Positions 8,686 through 19,748 of a stretch of DNA of 64,000 bases are shown in pieces; the stretch's first letter is position 1; each line of letters starts with the position of its first letter. The notes beneath the pieces are model-generated. The model saw only the letters and a list, made by a program, of their open reading frames with translations. It searched no databases and was not told the DNA's origin. Source of the DNA: Planctomycetota bacterium. Lineage in GTDB: Bacteria > Planctomycetota > UBA11346. Position numbers and translations under genes: made by a program. The stretch lies in NCBI GenBank assembly GCA_038231435.1, contig JBBRLJ010000006.1, forward strand, positions 32,001-96,000, given 5' to 3'.

Positions 8686-11109
8686 CTAGAAGCGGATGTT
8701 CCCCAGCCCGAAATGCACCTGCGTCTGCGACTCGCCGTAGCCCGGATTCACCAGCCACGCGAAGTCGAGCGCGACCGGGATCTGGATCGGGAAGCGGATG
8801 CCGAAGCCGAAGGCGGTGCGCAGATCGTGGAAGTCGACCGCCTGCTCCTGCCCCCACACGTTGCCGCAGTCCGCGAAGACGATGGCACGCACGCCTTCGT
8901 TGGTCATCTGCACCGGCACCGAGAGCTCGAGCGTGGCCAGCGCGTTGCGCGTGCCGCCGTAGCGGGTCAGGAAACCGTTGGCGTTGATCTGCTCGGGGCT
9001 GAGGTCGTCGTAGTCGAAGCCGCGATGGCGCGGCGCCGGTCCACCGTCGCGGTAGCGCTGGTAGAACGGCACGGTGGGCGAGGAATCGATCGGGTCTTCC
9101 TGGCGCCAACGCCCGGACAGTCGGAAGTAGGTCACGCCGCCGTCCTCGAACTCCGCCACCGGCAGGAAACCGTCGCCCTTGCCGGTGAGCTCGGTGTAGT
9201 TCGCCGACGAATCCATGACGTCGCCGGTGACGCTCTCGGACGCGCTGAGCTGGTAACCCGAGGTCGGACTGTTGCGGTCCGGCTTCAAACGATCGTAGCT
9301 CTGGCCGAGCGTCCAGGTGTTGAGGAAGTAGTGCCCTCCCACCGCGTCATCCGCCGCGGTCGGCAGCACGTTGGTGATCTTCAGGTCGGTGTAGTTGTAT
9401 CCGAGACTGAGGCTCAACCGGTTGTTGAGGAAGTAGCGCCCGGCCGTTCCGGAAGTGGAGATGCGCACCTCGTCCCACTCGCGCAGCGTCGAGTCGCTGC
9501 GGCTGATGGTGCCGGACAGCGAGTAGGGGCCGTCGAGGACATGCGGATTCGTCCAGCTGGTCGACACCGACTTGGCTGGTTTCGACCAACTCGCCTGGAA
9601 TTCGAGGGTCTGGTTGGCGCCCCGGAAATGGTCGATGCCGCCGGTGACGAATCCGAGCAGGTCGAAGTTGCGTTCGGTATAGCCGAGCGAGCCGAAGATC
9701 TTGGTCGCCGAGCTGTAGCCCACCTGGAAATTCAGCGAGCCGGTGCTCTCCTCGTCGACGTTCACGATCAGGTCCGCCTCGTCCGGCCGGTCGTCGGGGA
9801 AATCCGGCTCGATCGCCAGGGGGCGCGGCAGGCCAGCCTTGAACACGCCGGTTCGCCGCACCTGGTCGAGCGATTCGTCCTTGGCGTCGTCGTTCCACAG
9901 ATCGCCTGGATGCAGGAACATCGCGCGCCGAACCACCGCATCGCGGGTATGCTCGTTGCCGTGCACATCGACGCGGCCGATCTTGTATTTGCGGCCTTCG
10001 AAGACGTGCAGCACCAGGTCGACGATGTGGTTCTTCACGTCCAGCCGGCGGTCGACGCGCAGATCGCAGCGCGCGTAGCCCTGGTTGCTGATTACCCGCC
10101 GCGAATGCTCGATCGCGCCCTTGTCGCCGCCCGGACGCGGCTCTCCGTAGAGGTCGTCGCGCTTGTACCAGGCCCCCTCGGGCATGCCGAAGGCCGAGCG
10201 CATCTGCTCCTGCGTCGCCACCGTGTTGTCGACGAAGCCGACCTTGCCGAGCCGATAGCGCTCGCCGGGCTCCACGATGTAGGTGAGCACCATGCGGTCG
10301 TTGTAGTAGCCGTCCGGGGCGAATTCCGGCCCGTGGCGCCGCCGTTCCTCGACCGGACGCACGTAGTCGGCCACCTCACGGCGGGTCTCGATCAGCCGCG
10401 CGTCGAGCCAGCCGAGATCCTGGAGCTTGCGCACCACCGCCTCTTGGTCGATCTGGACCAGTTCTGGCTGGTACGCGGCGCCGCGCGGCATCAGCAGCAC
10501 CTTGTCGATGACGCGCGGGCGCGCGCCGTCGGGCAGGCCGATGTAGTTGACCTGCGCGACCTTCACCTCCTGCCCGAGGTTGACCGAGAAGACCACGCTG
10601 ATCGAGCCGCGGTCCTCGTTCTGGTCGGTATGCACGCGGCACCAGCGATCGCCGCGGTCCTGGAACAGGCGCTCGAGGGCGCGACGGTCGTTCTCGAGCA
10701 GCAGCTCGTTGAGATAGCTGCCGGACCTGGTGGTCACCACCTTCTCGGCCTTCTCCTTGTCGAAGTAGTCGAGGCCTTCGAAGGCGACCTTGGCGACGTA
10801 CGGCAGTTCACGGAAGCGGTAGACGACGGTGACCTCGCGCCCGTCATCGCTGCGGCGGAGCTCGCTGCGGGTGCCGGTGAACGGCCCCATGGTCTCGATC
10901 GCGCGCACGTCGTCGGCCACCGCTTCGTGCAGCTGGCGCTCGGTGTAGGTCTTGGTCGAGCGCACCTCGAGCAGGAAGCGGATGCGCTCCTGGTTCACGT
11001 GGTGGTTGCCTTCGACGATGACGTCCTTCACGACCAGCGTCGGATCCGCGGCGAAAGCGGCCGCGCAAGCGAGGCTGGGAAGCAGGAACGTCAGCCTCAG
11101 TGCGGCCAA
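8686..11109 (-). CDS. bamA: Outer membrane protein assembly factor BamA (Omp85)
   Basis: POTRA-like repeats ([25 protein letters not shown]), EESTGSL, ERNFD, C-terminal barrel ending FGLGNIRF. Start TTG 11109 is estimated. Confidence 0.93.
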   Translation of the reverse strand: MAALRLTFLLPSLACAAAFAADPTLVVKDVIVEGNHHVNQERIRFLLEVRSTKTYTERQLHEAVADDVRAIETMGPFTGTRSELRRSDDGREVTVVYRFRELPYVAKVAFEGLDYFDKEKAEKVVTTRSGSYLNELLLENDRRALERLFQDRGDRWCRVHTDQNEDRGSISVVFSVNLGQEVKVAQVNYIGLPDGARPRVIDKVLLMPRGAAYQPELVQIDQEAVVRKLQDLGWLDARLIETRREVADYVRPVEERRRHGPEFAPDGYYNDRMVLTYIVEPGERYRLGKVGFVDNTVATQEQMRSAFGMPEGAWYKRDDLYGEPRPGGDKGAIEHSRRVISNQGYARCDLRVDRRLDVKNHIVDLVLHVFEGRKYKIGRVDVHGNEHTRDAVVRRAMFLHPGDLWNDDAKDESLDQVRRTGVFKAGLPRPLAIEPDFPDDRPDEADLIVNVDEESTGSLNFQVGYSSATKIFGSLGYTERNFDLLGFVTGGIDHFRGANQTLEFQASWSKPAKSVSTSWTNPHVLDGPYSLSGTISRSDSTLREWDEVRISTSGTAGRYFLNNRLSLSLGYNYTDLKITNVLPTAADDAVGGHYFLNTWTLGQSYDRLKPDRNSPTSGYQLSASESVTGDVMDSSANYTELTGKGDGFLPVAEFEDGGVTYFRLSGRWRQEDPIDSSPTVPFYQRYRDGGPAPRHRGFDYDDLSPEQINANGFLTRYGGTRNALATLELSVPVQMTNEGVRAIVFADCGNVWGQEQAVDFHDLRTAFGFGIRFPIQIPVALDFAWLVNPGYGESQTQVHFGLGNIRF

Positions 11110-11258
11110 AGGCTCTCCGGGGAGCCGGGATGGTAGGCGAGACCCGCCCGGGGCAAGACGGGGCGGGTCGTGGAGCACCGATGAGCCGGGTCCGGCCATT
11201 CCGGAGCGGCGCCGGCCAGAATCCATTCCGGCCCACTTGGGGCGCGCTAGCGTCGAGC

Positions 11259-12269
11259 ATGGCCGAGCCGCTGCTGACCGTCCGTGGGCTGAAGAAACTC
11301 TTCCCGATCCGCAAGGGCGTGCTCGGTCGGGTCGTGGGCCACGTGCGCGCGGTGGACGGCGTCGATCTCGACCTCGATGCCGGCAGCGCGCTGGGCCTGG
11401 TCGGCGAATCGGGCTGCGGCAAGACCACTACCGGCCGCTGCCTGCTGCGCCTGGTCGAGCCCACCGCGGGCTCGGTGCGCTTCGCCGGCGAGGACCTGCT
11501 CGCGATGCCGCAGCGACGGCTGCGGCCGTTTAGGCGCCACCTGCAGATGATCTTCCAGGATCCCTACGGCAGCCTGAACCCGCGCATGACCATCGGCGAC
11601 ATCCTCGCCGAGCCGCTGATCGTCCACGGCCTGGCGCGACGCAAGGACGCCTGGGACCAGGCCGCGGCGCTGATGACGCGCGTCGGCATGCCGCCCGAGC
11701 GGCTCGGCGACTACCCGCACCAGTTCTCGGGCGGCCAGCGCCAACGCATCGGCATCGCGCGCGCCCTCGCGCTCAAGCCCAAGCTGATCGTCTGCGACGA
11801 GCCGGTCTCGGCCCTCGACGTGTCGGTCCAGGCGCAGGTGCTGAACCTGCTCAAGGAGCTCCAGGAGGAGTTCGGCATCGCCTACCTGTTCATCTCGCAC
11901 GACTTGGCGGTGGTCGCCCACCTGTGCGCGCGCGTCGCGGTGATGTACCTGGGAGAGATCGTGGAAGTCGGCCCGGTGTCGGCGATCTACGACACCCCCC
12001 TGCACCCGTACACGCAGGCGCTGCTGTCCGCGATCCCGTCGGGGATACCCGGCGGCAGCGGCAAGCGCATCATCCTCGAGGGCGATCCTCCGAGTCCTCT
12101 CGAGCCGAGCTCGGCGAAGCGCTTCGTCGGCAGGTTCCCGAAGCACGCGGCCGCGTTCACCGAGGGCGAGATCCGCCTGCGCGAAGCCGATCCGGGGCAT
12201 TTCGTGCGCTGTGCGAATCTCGATGCGCTGCGTAGCCTGGCGGCGCGCGGCGCCGAGGCTTGGGCCTGA
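11259..12269 (+). CDS. Oligopeptide/dipeptide ABC transporter ATP-binding subunit (OppF/DppF type)
   Basis: [57 protein letters not shown]. Confidence 0.95.
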   Translation: MAEPLLTVRGLKKLFPIRKGVLGRVVGHVRAVDGVDLDLDAGSALGLVGESGCGKTTTGRCLLRLVEPTAGSVRFAGEDLLAMPQRRLRPFRRHLQMIFQDPYGSLNPRMTIGDILAEPLIVHGLARRKDAWDQAAALMTRVGMPPERLGDYPHQFSGGQRQRIGIARALALKPKLIVCDEPVSALDVSVQAQVLNLLKELQEEFGIAYLFISHDLAVVAHLCARVAVMYLGEIVEVGPVSAIYDTPLHPYTQALLSAIPSGIPGGSGKRIILEGDPPSPLEPSSAKRFVGRFPKHAAAFTEGEIRLREADPGHFVRCANLDALRSLAARGAEAWA

Positions 12270-12275
12270 GCGAGC

Positions 12276-13442
12276 CTAGCCCGCCGACCGGTCCCCGAAG
12301 CGCAATACCACCCATGCGCCGCGATCCGCTGAACCGCGGCACGCGTGCAGTTCGCGGCGCGCCGGCACCGCCACCACGCAAGCGTTGGTGCTGGTGCCCT
12401 GGTTGTCCTCGGCGAAGCGGTTCACCGAATCGACTCCGTCACTGCGATCCGCGAACACGCGCTTGAGCGATTCCACCGACTGTTTTCCGGTGGTGATGGA
12501 TGCGCCCGTGCGGGCCAGGCGCGCCAACGACGATGACGTCGGCGGCTCGCCCTCGATGCGGCGATGCGCATCATCCAGGCAATGGTTGGTGCGCGCGAGC
12601 GGCGCCTCGGCGACGCGGTGGACGCAGCGCTCGACCGAGCATTCGAAGTCCTCGGCGCCGGCGGCGTCGGCGATCCAATAGGTGTGCGCGGCGGCGCGCG
12701 GCGCATCTCCGATCACCGCGGCGGCCTCGGCGCGGGTGTGCGAGCCTAGCGCGCGGTGCAGGATCGACAGGTAGGGCACGCCCACGCGCGCGCCGCGGGT
12801 CTTGATGTTGGTGGTGCCCACCGCCACGCCGTGCTCGTTCATGCCGATCAACGACGGGCAGCCCGCGCAGGTGATGCTCCAGGTCTCGGGGGCGCCCGTC
12901 GGGCGGCGATGCACGGCGACCACGAAGTCGAGGTCGGTGGGATTCAGATCCCAGGTCTGCGCGGCGATGACCTCGCCACCGGCCGTCGCTCGGCCCGGAA
13001 GCAGGAGCGCGGTGCAGCCCTCGCCGTCGACCTTCGGCGCGTGATGTCCAGAGGCGTGACCCCCGGCGTGCGGAGCGTGCGGCTTATGGCCGTGGCCGAT
13101 CACCGCCTCGCGATCGAGGGGAAAGGTCACGACGTCGCGGAGGTCGGTGTAGTTGGCGGCGGTGTAGAGCTCGTCGACGGGGATGCCGGCGCCCTCGGCC
13201 ACGCCACGGTGCTCGAGCCAGCCCTCGTGGTCCCACTGCTTGAGCTGCTCCAGGCAGCGGCGGCCGAGATCGCTGATCGCCGCGGCGTCGCGGATGCCGC
13301 GCTCGCGCAGGTAAGCCTTCGCCGCGCGCTGGCGCTGCGCGACGAATTCGCGCGCCATGCCGGCGACCGCCGCGCCATATGCACGGCCCATGGCCTCGGT
13401 CGAGCCGGAGACAGTGATCAGGGGGAGTTCGAGCAGGGACAT
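12276..13442 (-). CDS. C45 family Ntn-hydrolase / acyltransferase (isopenicillin-N acyltransferase-like)
   Basis: G|CT autoprocessing site, AQTWD, GMNEHGVAV, RTNH, SSLARLAR. Confidence 0.88.
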   Translation of the reverse strand: MSLLELPLITVSGSTEAMGRAYGAAVAGMAREFVAQRQRAAKAYLRERGIRDAAAISDLGRRCLEQLKQWDHEGWLEHRGVAEGAGIPVDELYTAANYTDLRDVVTFPLDREAVIGHGHKPHAPHAGGHASGHHAPKVDGEGCTALLLPGRATAGGEVIAAQTWDLNPTDLDFVVAVHRRPTGAPETWSITCAGCPSLIGMNEHGVAVGTTNIKTRGARVGVPYLSILHRALGSHTRAEAAAVIGDAPRAAAHTYWIADAAGAEDFECSVERCVHRVAEAPLARTNHCLDDAHRRIEGEPPTSSSLARLARTGASITTGKQSVESLKRVFADRSDGVDSVNRFAEDNQGTSTNACVVAVPARRELHACRGSADRGAWVVLRFGDRSAG

Positions 13443-13577
13443 CCCCCGAGTCTATCCGGGCGGGGCGCGGGACAAATCGGCATTGTCCATGTCGCACACG
13501 CGGTCTGGCCAGGAGGAGACCAAGACGCTGGAAGACGGAAGGGGGAAGGCCGACGGCACGGAGTGGTGTCCGCTGTA

Positions 13578-13622
13578 TTCACTCTTCACTCTTCACTCTT
13601 CGGTCTTCGGTCTTCGGCCTTC
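13578..13622. repeat. Heptamer tandem repeat (TTCACTC)x3 grading into (TTCGGTC)x2-3
   Basis: Read directly: ttcactc ttcactc ttcactc ttcggtc ttcggtc ttcggcc ttc. Confidence 0.85.
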
Positions 13623-13646
13623 CCCCTTGCCCCCGTTCTCCCCCTC

Positions 13647-14684
13647 CTACCAGTCCAACGGCATCGCCCAGCACGGCGATCCGGGCTCCAGGCCCAGGCG
13701 ATGCGAGAGTTCGTGATAGAGCCGCAGGCCCTCGGAGGTGATCTCGCACGGGGCGGACAGGAAGCAGTGGCTGGCGGGATTGGCGACGAGGTGCATCGGC
13801 AGCGCGACGCCCTTGGCCACGAGCGGCGGCAGATCGAGCCGCACCAGCCGGCGGCTGCGCTGGATCGGCTTGATCTCGCTGACCAGCGCGCCGTCGTGCG
13901 GGCCGGCATCGAAGGGATCGACGGTGCCGAGGTACTTGAATCCTGCGCGCGTCAGCAGCGAACGCACCGGGGTGGTCGCCGGGCCCTCGTGGCCGATCAG
14001 TTCACGCGCCTCGGGCGGCAGCAGATCGACGACGATCTCCTCATGGGGGAAGAACGCGTCGATGAATTCCTTGTCGCTGCGGCACAGCAGATCGGCGCGG
14101 TAGTAGTCGAGGCCGGTGAGCGGCGCGCCGACCGAATCCCAGAAGGCATTGCCGCCGTCCTCGCGCCGCGGCGGCAGAAGCTCGGCGAGCAGACGACGGC
14201 AGAAGCGCTCGGGGTGCATCGCCACCAGCAGCAGGCGCGCCGCGACCAGCAGCTTGCCGACGCCGTGCCCGCGCGCCTCGGGGTGCACGACCAGCCCGCC
14301 GAACTCGGTCCACGGCTCGGTGTCCTTGCCGAGCTTGAGCAGACGTCGGGTGCGATCGGCGTTCAGTTGCCGGCTGTGCACGACCTGGTCGACCACCTTG
14401 AGGAAGTAGTGCGGCTCGTCGGGCATGCCGTGGTAGGCGAACAGGCTGCCGGTGCCGAGCAGCTTCTCGGGCCCACCGCCATCGGGCTCGCGCACCGCCA
14501 CGAAGGTGTAGCTGGCATGGCGCGGGTCGACGCCGGCGTAGCTCTTCTCGCTGTCCGCGATGAGCTTGCCGATCGCGGCGGGATCATCCGGCAGATTCAC
14601 GGTGTCCAGCAGGTCGGCGAGCGCGAGCAGCTGCGCGGCGTCCTCGGCGCGCGCCGGCCTGATGATCACCGGATTGCTGGGCAT
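13647..14684 (-). CDS. astA: Arginine N-succinyltransferase
   Basis: IIRPA..D, VNLPDD, TEFGGL, RLLAEL, NAFWD, RADLL, VDPFDAGP; AAGGAGG RBS; adjacent to astD and astB. Confidence 0.9.
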   Translation of the reverse strand: MPSNPVIIRPARAEDAAQLLALADLLDTVNLPDDPAAIGKLIADSEKSYAGVDPRHASYTFVAVREPDGGGPEKLLGTGSLFAYHGMPDEPHYFLKVVDQVVHSRQLNADRTRRLLKLGKDTEPWTEFGGLVVHPEARGHGVGKLLVAARLLLVAMHPERFCRRLLAELLPPRREDGGNAFWDSVGAPLTGLDYYRADLLCRSDKEFIDAFFPHEEIVVDLLPPEARELIGHEGPATTPVRSLLTRAGFKYLGTVDPFDAGPHDGALVSEIKPIQRSRRLVRLDLPPLVAKGVALPMHLVANPASHCFLSAPCEITSEGLRLYHELSHRLGLEPGSPCWAMPLDW

Positions 14685-14870
14685 CGCCCTCCTTGTACGC
14701 GGCGGTGGCGGAGAGCCAAGACGGCAGGCCACACCAGTCTACGCCGTTGATCCGCCTGTGGCGTGCTCCCGACACCTGATGCCACCAACTCGCACCCCGT
14801 CATGCCGTTCGCTGTCCGTCGTCTGCTTTCGGCTTTCTCCTTCCTGCTTAAAGCTCTCCGCTCTTCCCCC

Positions 14871-16220
14871 TCACTCCCACACCGCCGTCTCGTCAGCGAA
14901 GATCTGGCAGGCGGCGACCGCCGCCGGGCGGCCGTTGCCGCTCAGGCCGCAGCCGCCGAACGGCAGGTCCGAACGGGCGCCAGCGGTCGGGCGGTTCCAG
15001 TTCACCTGGCCGTACGGCAGGCGCGCGGCCATGGTGCGGAAACGCTCGTTCGAGGCGGTGAACACCGATGCCGCGAGCCGGTGCGGATTGGCGGCGACGC
15101 GCGCGACGCACTCGTCCGGGTCGTCGTAGGCGTCGACGATCAGCGCCGGACCGAAATGCTCGTCTCGATACAGGTCGCTCGCGCGCGCCCCGCTATCGCG
15201 CGCCACCAGCAGCAACGGATCCGCGAAGCACGACGCCGGCGACGCTGGCTGCGCGCGGCCCGCGATCAGCTCGATGCCGCGCGGAAGCGCGCGGTACGGG
15301 CCCTGGAAGCCCTCACGCAGCGTTGCCGAGATCATCGGACCAGCGGCGGCGCTGGGATCGCGGCCCGGCACCCAGCGCCCTCGCGCCGTGGCCAGCGCAT
15401 CCAGCGCGTCGTCCAGCAGTGCGCGGGGAACATGCGCGATGCGCGTCGCCGTGCAGCGCTGACCGGCCATGCGCCAGGCGCCGTCGGCGATCGCCTCGAC
15501 GGCCGCGGGCAGTGCTGCGTCGTCGCAGACGAGGGCATGATTCACGCCACCCAGCTCGAGCGCGAGCACCGTCTCTGGACGCACGGCGAGCACGTGCGCG
15601 AGGCCGAGGCCCATGCCCCGGCTGCCGACCGCCGCCACGGTGGCGACACGCGCATCGCCCGCGAGTGCCGCGGCGATGGCGCTGCCGCCCTGGACCACGC
15701 GGCAGACGCCATCGAGCCCGGCGCGCGCGAGCAGGTCGCGGTACAGCTCGCCCAGCGCCGGGCAGCGCTCGCTGGGCTTGGCCACCACCGTGCAGCCCAC
15801 CGCCAGCGCCGGCGCCACCAGCCCGTGCAGCAGGTGGAGCGGGAAGTTGTACGGGCCGATGGCCAGGGCGACGCCGCGCGCGCGCCAGGCGATCGACGAG
15901 CCCGCCGTCGCGGTGACGCGCGCGAGCGCCTGCTCGAGCGTGACCGCGATCTTCTTGGGCAAGAGATCGGCTTCGGCATCCGCGTCGGCGCGCGTCTTCC
16001 CCGCCTCGCGCACCAGCAGCGCGCTGATCTCCTGCCGCGCGGCGGCGAGGACCTGGGCGAATCCGCGCAGGCGTTCGGCGCGATCGTGGGCTGAGGACCA
16101 GGCGGGAAACGCCGCAGCCATCGTGGCGACCGCGGCGGTGGCATCGCCCGCGTCCGCGGCCTGGCCGGTGAACACCTGCTCGCGCGGGTTCCACGGACTG
16201 ACGCTCACCAATGCGGTCAC
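14871..16220 (-). CDS. astD: Succinylglutamate-semialdehyde dehydrogenase
   Basis: GPYNFPLHL, KPSE, LALELGG, GQRCT, NWNRPTAGARSDLPFGG.GLSGN.RP. GTG start overlaps the astB stop (GTGA). Confidence 0.9.
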   Translation of the reverse strand: MTALVSVSPWNPREQVFTGQAADAGDATAAVATMAAAFPAWSSAHDRAERLRGFAQVLAAARQEISALLVREAGKTRADADAEADLLPKKIAVTLEQALARVTATAGSSIAWRARGVALAIGPYNFPLHLLHGLVAPALAVGCTVVAKPSERCPALGELYRDLLARAGLDGVCRVVQGGSAIAAALAGDARVATVAAVGSRGMGLGLAHVLAVRPETVLALELGGVNHALVCDDAALPAAVEAIADGAWRMAGQRCTATRIAHVPRALLDDALDALATARGRWVPGRDPSAAAGPMISATLREGFQGPYRALPRGIELIAGRAQPASPASCFADPLLLVARDSGARASDLYRDEHFGPALIVDAYDDPDECVARVAANPHRLAASVFTASNERFRTMAARLPYGQVNWNRPTAGARSDLPFGGCGLSGNGRPAAVAACQIFADETAVWE

Positions 16221-17575
16221 ACCGGCCCGCCTTGGAAGCGGTAGAGTCGCGGAAGGCCCAGCAGGATTGACAGCTCTTCGAGCGCGACGCGGCTCTCGTC
16301 GAGCAGGCGCTCGTCGCGCAGATCGGCGATCGAGAGTTCGCGGCGATAGCGCCGGTCGACCCACTGTTCGAGTTGCCGCAGCTTGTCCTCGTCAAGCACG
16401 ATGCCCGCTGGCAGCGCGGCGAGTTCGCGCGCGTTCAGCGGCACGCGCAGGCGCAGGCACGCAGGGCCGCCTCCGCCCATCATGCTCTCGCGCAGGTCGA
16501 TGAACTCGACGCGGTCGACGAAGCCGTCGGCGCGCAGGCGGTCGATGACCGCGCGCGCAGTGCCGTCCGCGCTCTCGGCGGGCGCCACCAACGCGACGCC
16601 GCGCGGAGTGTGCAGGATCTGGCTGTTGAAGAGGTACGAGCGCACCGCCTGATCGAGCGCGAGCTCGGCCTCGCCGACCACCGCCACGCGCAGCTCGCCT
16701 GCGTGCGCGGCGAGGTCGGCGAGCACCCGCGGCTGGTCGACCAGGGCGCGCTCGTGGATCAGGATCCGCTCGCGCGAACCGACCATGACCACATCGTTGT
16801 GGAAGGCGCCGGCATCGATGGCCGCGGGATGCTGGCGCGCATGCACGACCGCCTTGGCGCCGCCGAGCCGCGCCGCGGCGGCGGAGGCCTCGCGCCATTG
16901 GCGCGGGGCGAAGCGCCGGGGCAGCTCCTCGGCGCTGGTCGACGCCGAGCGCCCGTGCACGAACAGGTGGCAGGCGCCGGCCGGGCCGACCGCGCGGTGG
17001 TGGTTGGCCGCGCCTTCGTCGCCCAGCGCGGCGGTGGACGGCAGGGGATCGTGGACCACGAAGCGCTGGCCATCGGCGAAGATGCGGCGCAGCATGCGCG
17101 CGCGCGGCTCGGCCTCGAGCGCGCGGTGCGGCATCGCCGCGAGATTGGCCGTGATCAGGTGGCAGAGCCCGTCGGGGCTGTCGCTGGATGGGATGACGGT
17201 GGCGCAGTTCGCCGTCCACATGAACGCGCTCGAGCAGGCGTGACGCAGCAGCTGGGGCTCGGCCTTGGCGGCCTGCGCGACGATCTGCGCGTCGCTGCCG
17301 GCGAAGCCGAGCCGGCGCAGGAAATCGACCTCGGGCCTGGGCAGCGGCGGCAGCACCGCCTGGGTCACGCCCAGCGCCATGACCACGCGCATCTTCGCCA
17401 GGCACTGGCGCGCCGCGGCGCGCGGATTGGCCTTGGCGCCAGCGTTCGCCTGGCTGGCGAGATTGCCGGGGCTGAGTCCGCCGTGGAAGCTGGTCGGCCC
17501 GGGCAGGCCGTCGAATTGGACTTCGGTTTCGACGGCGTCGGCGTGCGGCGTGCGGGGTGCGACGTGCGGCGACAT
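16217..17575 (-). CDS. astB: N-succinylarginine dihydrolase
   Basis: EVQFDGLPGP, GLSPGNLAS, MWTAN, GDEGAANH, FHNDV, SYLFNSQ, GGGPACLRLRV. Confidence 0.96.
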   Translation of the reverse strand: MSPHVAPRTPHADAVETEVQFDGLPGPTSFHGGLSPGNLASQANAGAKANPRAAARQCLAKMRVVMALGVTQAVLPPLPRPEVDFLRRLGFAGSDAQIVAQAAKAEPQLLRHACSSAFMWTANCATVIPSSDSPDGLCHLITANLAAMPHRALEAEPRARMLRRIFADGQRFVVHDPLPSTAALGDEGAANHHRAVGPAGACHLFVHGRSASTSAEELPRRFAPRQWREASAAAARLGGAKAVVHARQHPAAIDAGAFHNDVVMVGSRERILIHERALVDQPRVLADLAAHAGELRVAVVGEAELALDQAVRSYLFNSQILHTPRGVALVAPAESADGTARAVIDRLRADGFVDRVEFIDLRESMMGGGGPACLRLRVPLNARELAALPAGIVLDEDKLRQLEQWVDRRYRRELSIADLRDERLLDESRVALEELSILLGLPRLYRFQGGPV

Positions 17576-17635
17576 GAACGGCAGTTTCCCCCTCTCGGCG
17601 CTTGCCGCCATCCTGAAATGGCATCCTCTGACGCC

Positions 17636-18484
17636 ATGACCGATCGTACCTCAGACGCCGCATCCCGCACCCCGCACCCCGCACTGCCGCCGTTGGCCTT
17701 CATTGGCGGCGGCAACATGGCCACGGCGATGATCAACGGCCTGCGCGCGCTGCCTCAGGCTCCAGCCATCACGGTGGCCGAGCCCGATCCCGGCAAGCGC
17801 GCGTCGTTCACCGCGCTCGGGCTGGTCGCCACCGCCGACAACGGCATGGCCACCGCGTCGGCCGGACTGGTGTGCCTGGCGATCAAGCCGCAGATGGGCG
17901 CGCAGGTGGTGCCCGAGATCGGCGCCGCGTGGGCGACCGACAAGCTGCTGGTCTCGATCCTCGCCGGCACGCCGACCGCGAAGCTCGCCGGCTGGCTGCC
18001 GCGCGGCGCGCGCGTGGTGCGTGCGATGCCGAACACCCCGCTGGCAATCGGCAAGGGCATGGTCGGCCTATGCCGGGGTGAACACGCCACCGAGGCCGAT
18101 CTCGCGGTGGCCGAGGCGCTGTTCGCGCCCTGCGCGAAGGTGTTGCGCGTGAGCGATGAATCGCGCATGGATGCGGTCACCGCGGTCTCGGGCAGCGGAC
18201 CCGCCTATTTCTTCGCCTTCGCCGAGGCGCTGGTCGCGGCGGCAGAACGGCTCGGTTTCACCCGCGACGAAGCGGTGCTGCTGGTCGGGCAGACCGGCGC
18301 CGGCGCATGGGACTACCTGCTCGGCAGCGGCTTCGAGGCCAGGCGTCTGCGCGAACAGGTGACCAGCCCGGGGGGTACCACCGCGGCGGCGCTGAAGGTG
18401 CTCGACGATGCGGGTTTCGCCGCGCTCATCGATAAGGCCCTGGCCGCTGCGGAGCGGCGCGGCCGCGAGCTCGCGAAGCTGTAG
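17636..18484 (+). CDS. proC: Pyrroline-5-carboxylate reductase
   Basis: FIGGGNMA, RAMPNTP, TAVSGSGPAY, VTSPGGTT. Confidence 0.97.
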   Translation: MTDRTSDAASRTPHPALPPLAFIGGGNMATAMINGLRALPQAPAITVAEPDPGKRASFTALGLVATADNGMATASAGLVCLAIKPQMGAQVVPEIGAAWATDKLLVSILAGTPTAKLAGWLPRGARVVRAMPNTPLAIGKGMVGLCRGEHATEADLAVAEALFAPCAKVLRVSDESRMDAVTAVSGSGPAYFFAFAEALVAAAERLGFTRDEAVLLVGQTGAGAWDYLLGSGFEARRLREQVTSPGGTTAAALKVLDDAGFAALIDKALAAAERRGRELAKL

Positions 18485-18621
18485 CGGCGCGAATCTGTAT
18501 CCGCGCGAAGTTGAAGCCGCGCGGTGCTTAAGCCGCACGATGCCTAGCCGCGCGAAGCCGTTGCCGAGAGTCGAGAAGGTCGCCAAGAAAGCCGCCTCGC
18601 ATGGACGCGGCGGTGGTTTCG

Positions 18622-19113
18622 CTAATACGTGATAGGCTGCCTCACGCCCTCGGCGGCCTTGCCGGCGCCGTTCCCGCTGCCGTGCATGCTCGCGACGTAC
18701 GCGGCCAGCGCGTGAATGTCCTCGACGGGCATGAAATTCTTCCACACCGGCATGGCCTTCGCCGCGTTGCCCTCGGCGATCGCCCGGCAGAGGTCGCGCA
18801 TGTCCGAGCCGTGCAGCCAGTAATCGTCGCGCAGGTTGGGGCCTTGGGTGCCCTCGCCCGCGGGGCCATGGCAGCCGATGCAATTTCCCCACAGCGCGCG
18901 CCCCCTCGCGACGACCGCCGGATCGTGGGCCAGTTGGCGCAGCTCGGCCTCGGGAAGCTCGGTTGCCGGCGCGCTGACGGCAACGCCGACCGGAGCGGCG
19001 AGCGATCCGATCCAGAGCAGGGGAAGACCGGCGGCGACCGCGATCGCCCACCACCACCACGGTGGCTTCCACCCTCGGGGCTGGGCGGCGGGCTGCGTCG
19101 GGCCGGGCGGCAT
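18622..19113 (-). CDS. Membrane-anchored monoheme cytochrome c (CcoP/cbb3 subunit III-like domain)
   Basis: N-terminal TM, CIGCHG..GEG..GPNLRDDYWLHG, MPVW axial Met. Confidence 0.85.
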   Translation of the reverse strand: MPPGPTQPAAQPRGWKPPWWWWAIAVAAGLPLLWIGSLAAPVGVAVSAPATELPEAELRQLAHDPAVVARGRALWGNCIGCHGPAGEGTQGPNLRDDYWLHGSDMRDLCRAIAEGNAAKAMPVWKNFMPVEDIHALAAYVASMHGSGNGAGKAAEGVRQPITY

Positions 19114-19247
19114 GGCGAGAGGGTGCCAGCGCGGCGGCGCGCGCAATCCGCCGCTCGGCGGCGCGGGCCGGCAGCGCCGTCCAGCCCAGGGAACCCTTTC
19201 GCTAGCGCGGAAGAATCGGACCCTAATGCTCTCGGTGAGAGGTCACC

Positions 19248-19748
19248 ATGGACATCGGCGCCAATTCGATCGTCAGCATGCACTACCGCGTCGCCACCGC
19301 CGAGGGACAACACGTCGACCAGAGCGAGGAAGGTCAACCGATGGTCTACATGCACGGCCACGGACAGATCATCCCCGGACTCGAGGCCGCGCTGATAGGT
19401 CACAAGAAAGGCGAGAAGATCGAGGCCGAGATCGCGCCCGCCGACGCCTACGGCGACTACGACGCCGGACTCGACCTCAAGGTCTCGAAGGATCTCTTCC
19501 CGAAGGATGTGCAGAAGAAGCTGAAGCCCGGATTCCAGTTCATGGCCGAGCACCCCACCAAGGAGGGCGAGAACGTCCTCTTCACCGTCCACAAGATCGA
19601 GGACGACGCGGTGCTGGTGAGCGGTAACCATCCGCTCGCCGGGCAGCGCCTGCTTTTCAAGGTCGAGGTCGTGGACGTGCGCCCGGCCACCGAGGAGGAG
19701 CTGTCGCACGGCCACGCCCACGGTCCTGGTGGCCACCACCACCACTGA
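19248..19748 (+). CDS. slyD: FKBP-type peptidyl-prolyl isomerase SlyD
   Basis: GQIIPGLE, PADAYG, NHPLAG, RPATEEELSHGH, His-rich tail. Confidence 0.96.
   Translation: MDIGANSIVSMHYRVATAEGQHVDQSEEGQPMVYMHGHGQIIPGLEAALIGHKKGEKIEAEIAPADAYGDYDAGLDLKVSKDLFPKDVQKKLKPGFQFMAEHPTKEGENVLFTVHKIEDDAVLVSGNHPLAGQRLLFKVEVVDVRPATEEELSHGHAHGPGGHHHH

Noticed and set aside
8542..11136. 864-aa plus-strand ORF and similar long antisense ORFs over ppdK, lon, ABC-F and astA/C45
   Set aside because: Mirror frames of clearly identified genes on the opposite strand.
16373..17635. Long N-terminal extension of ProC (703-aa ORF); likewise extensions of MutL, HisS and the M18 peptidase
   Set aside because: Upstream in-frame stretches overlap neighbouring genes and lack family motifs; stop-poor GC-rich DNA explains them.
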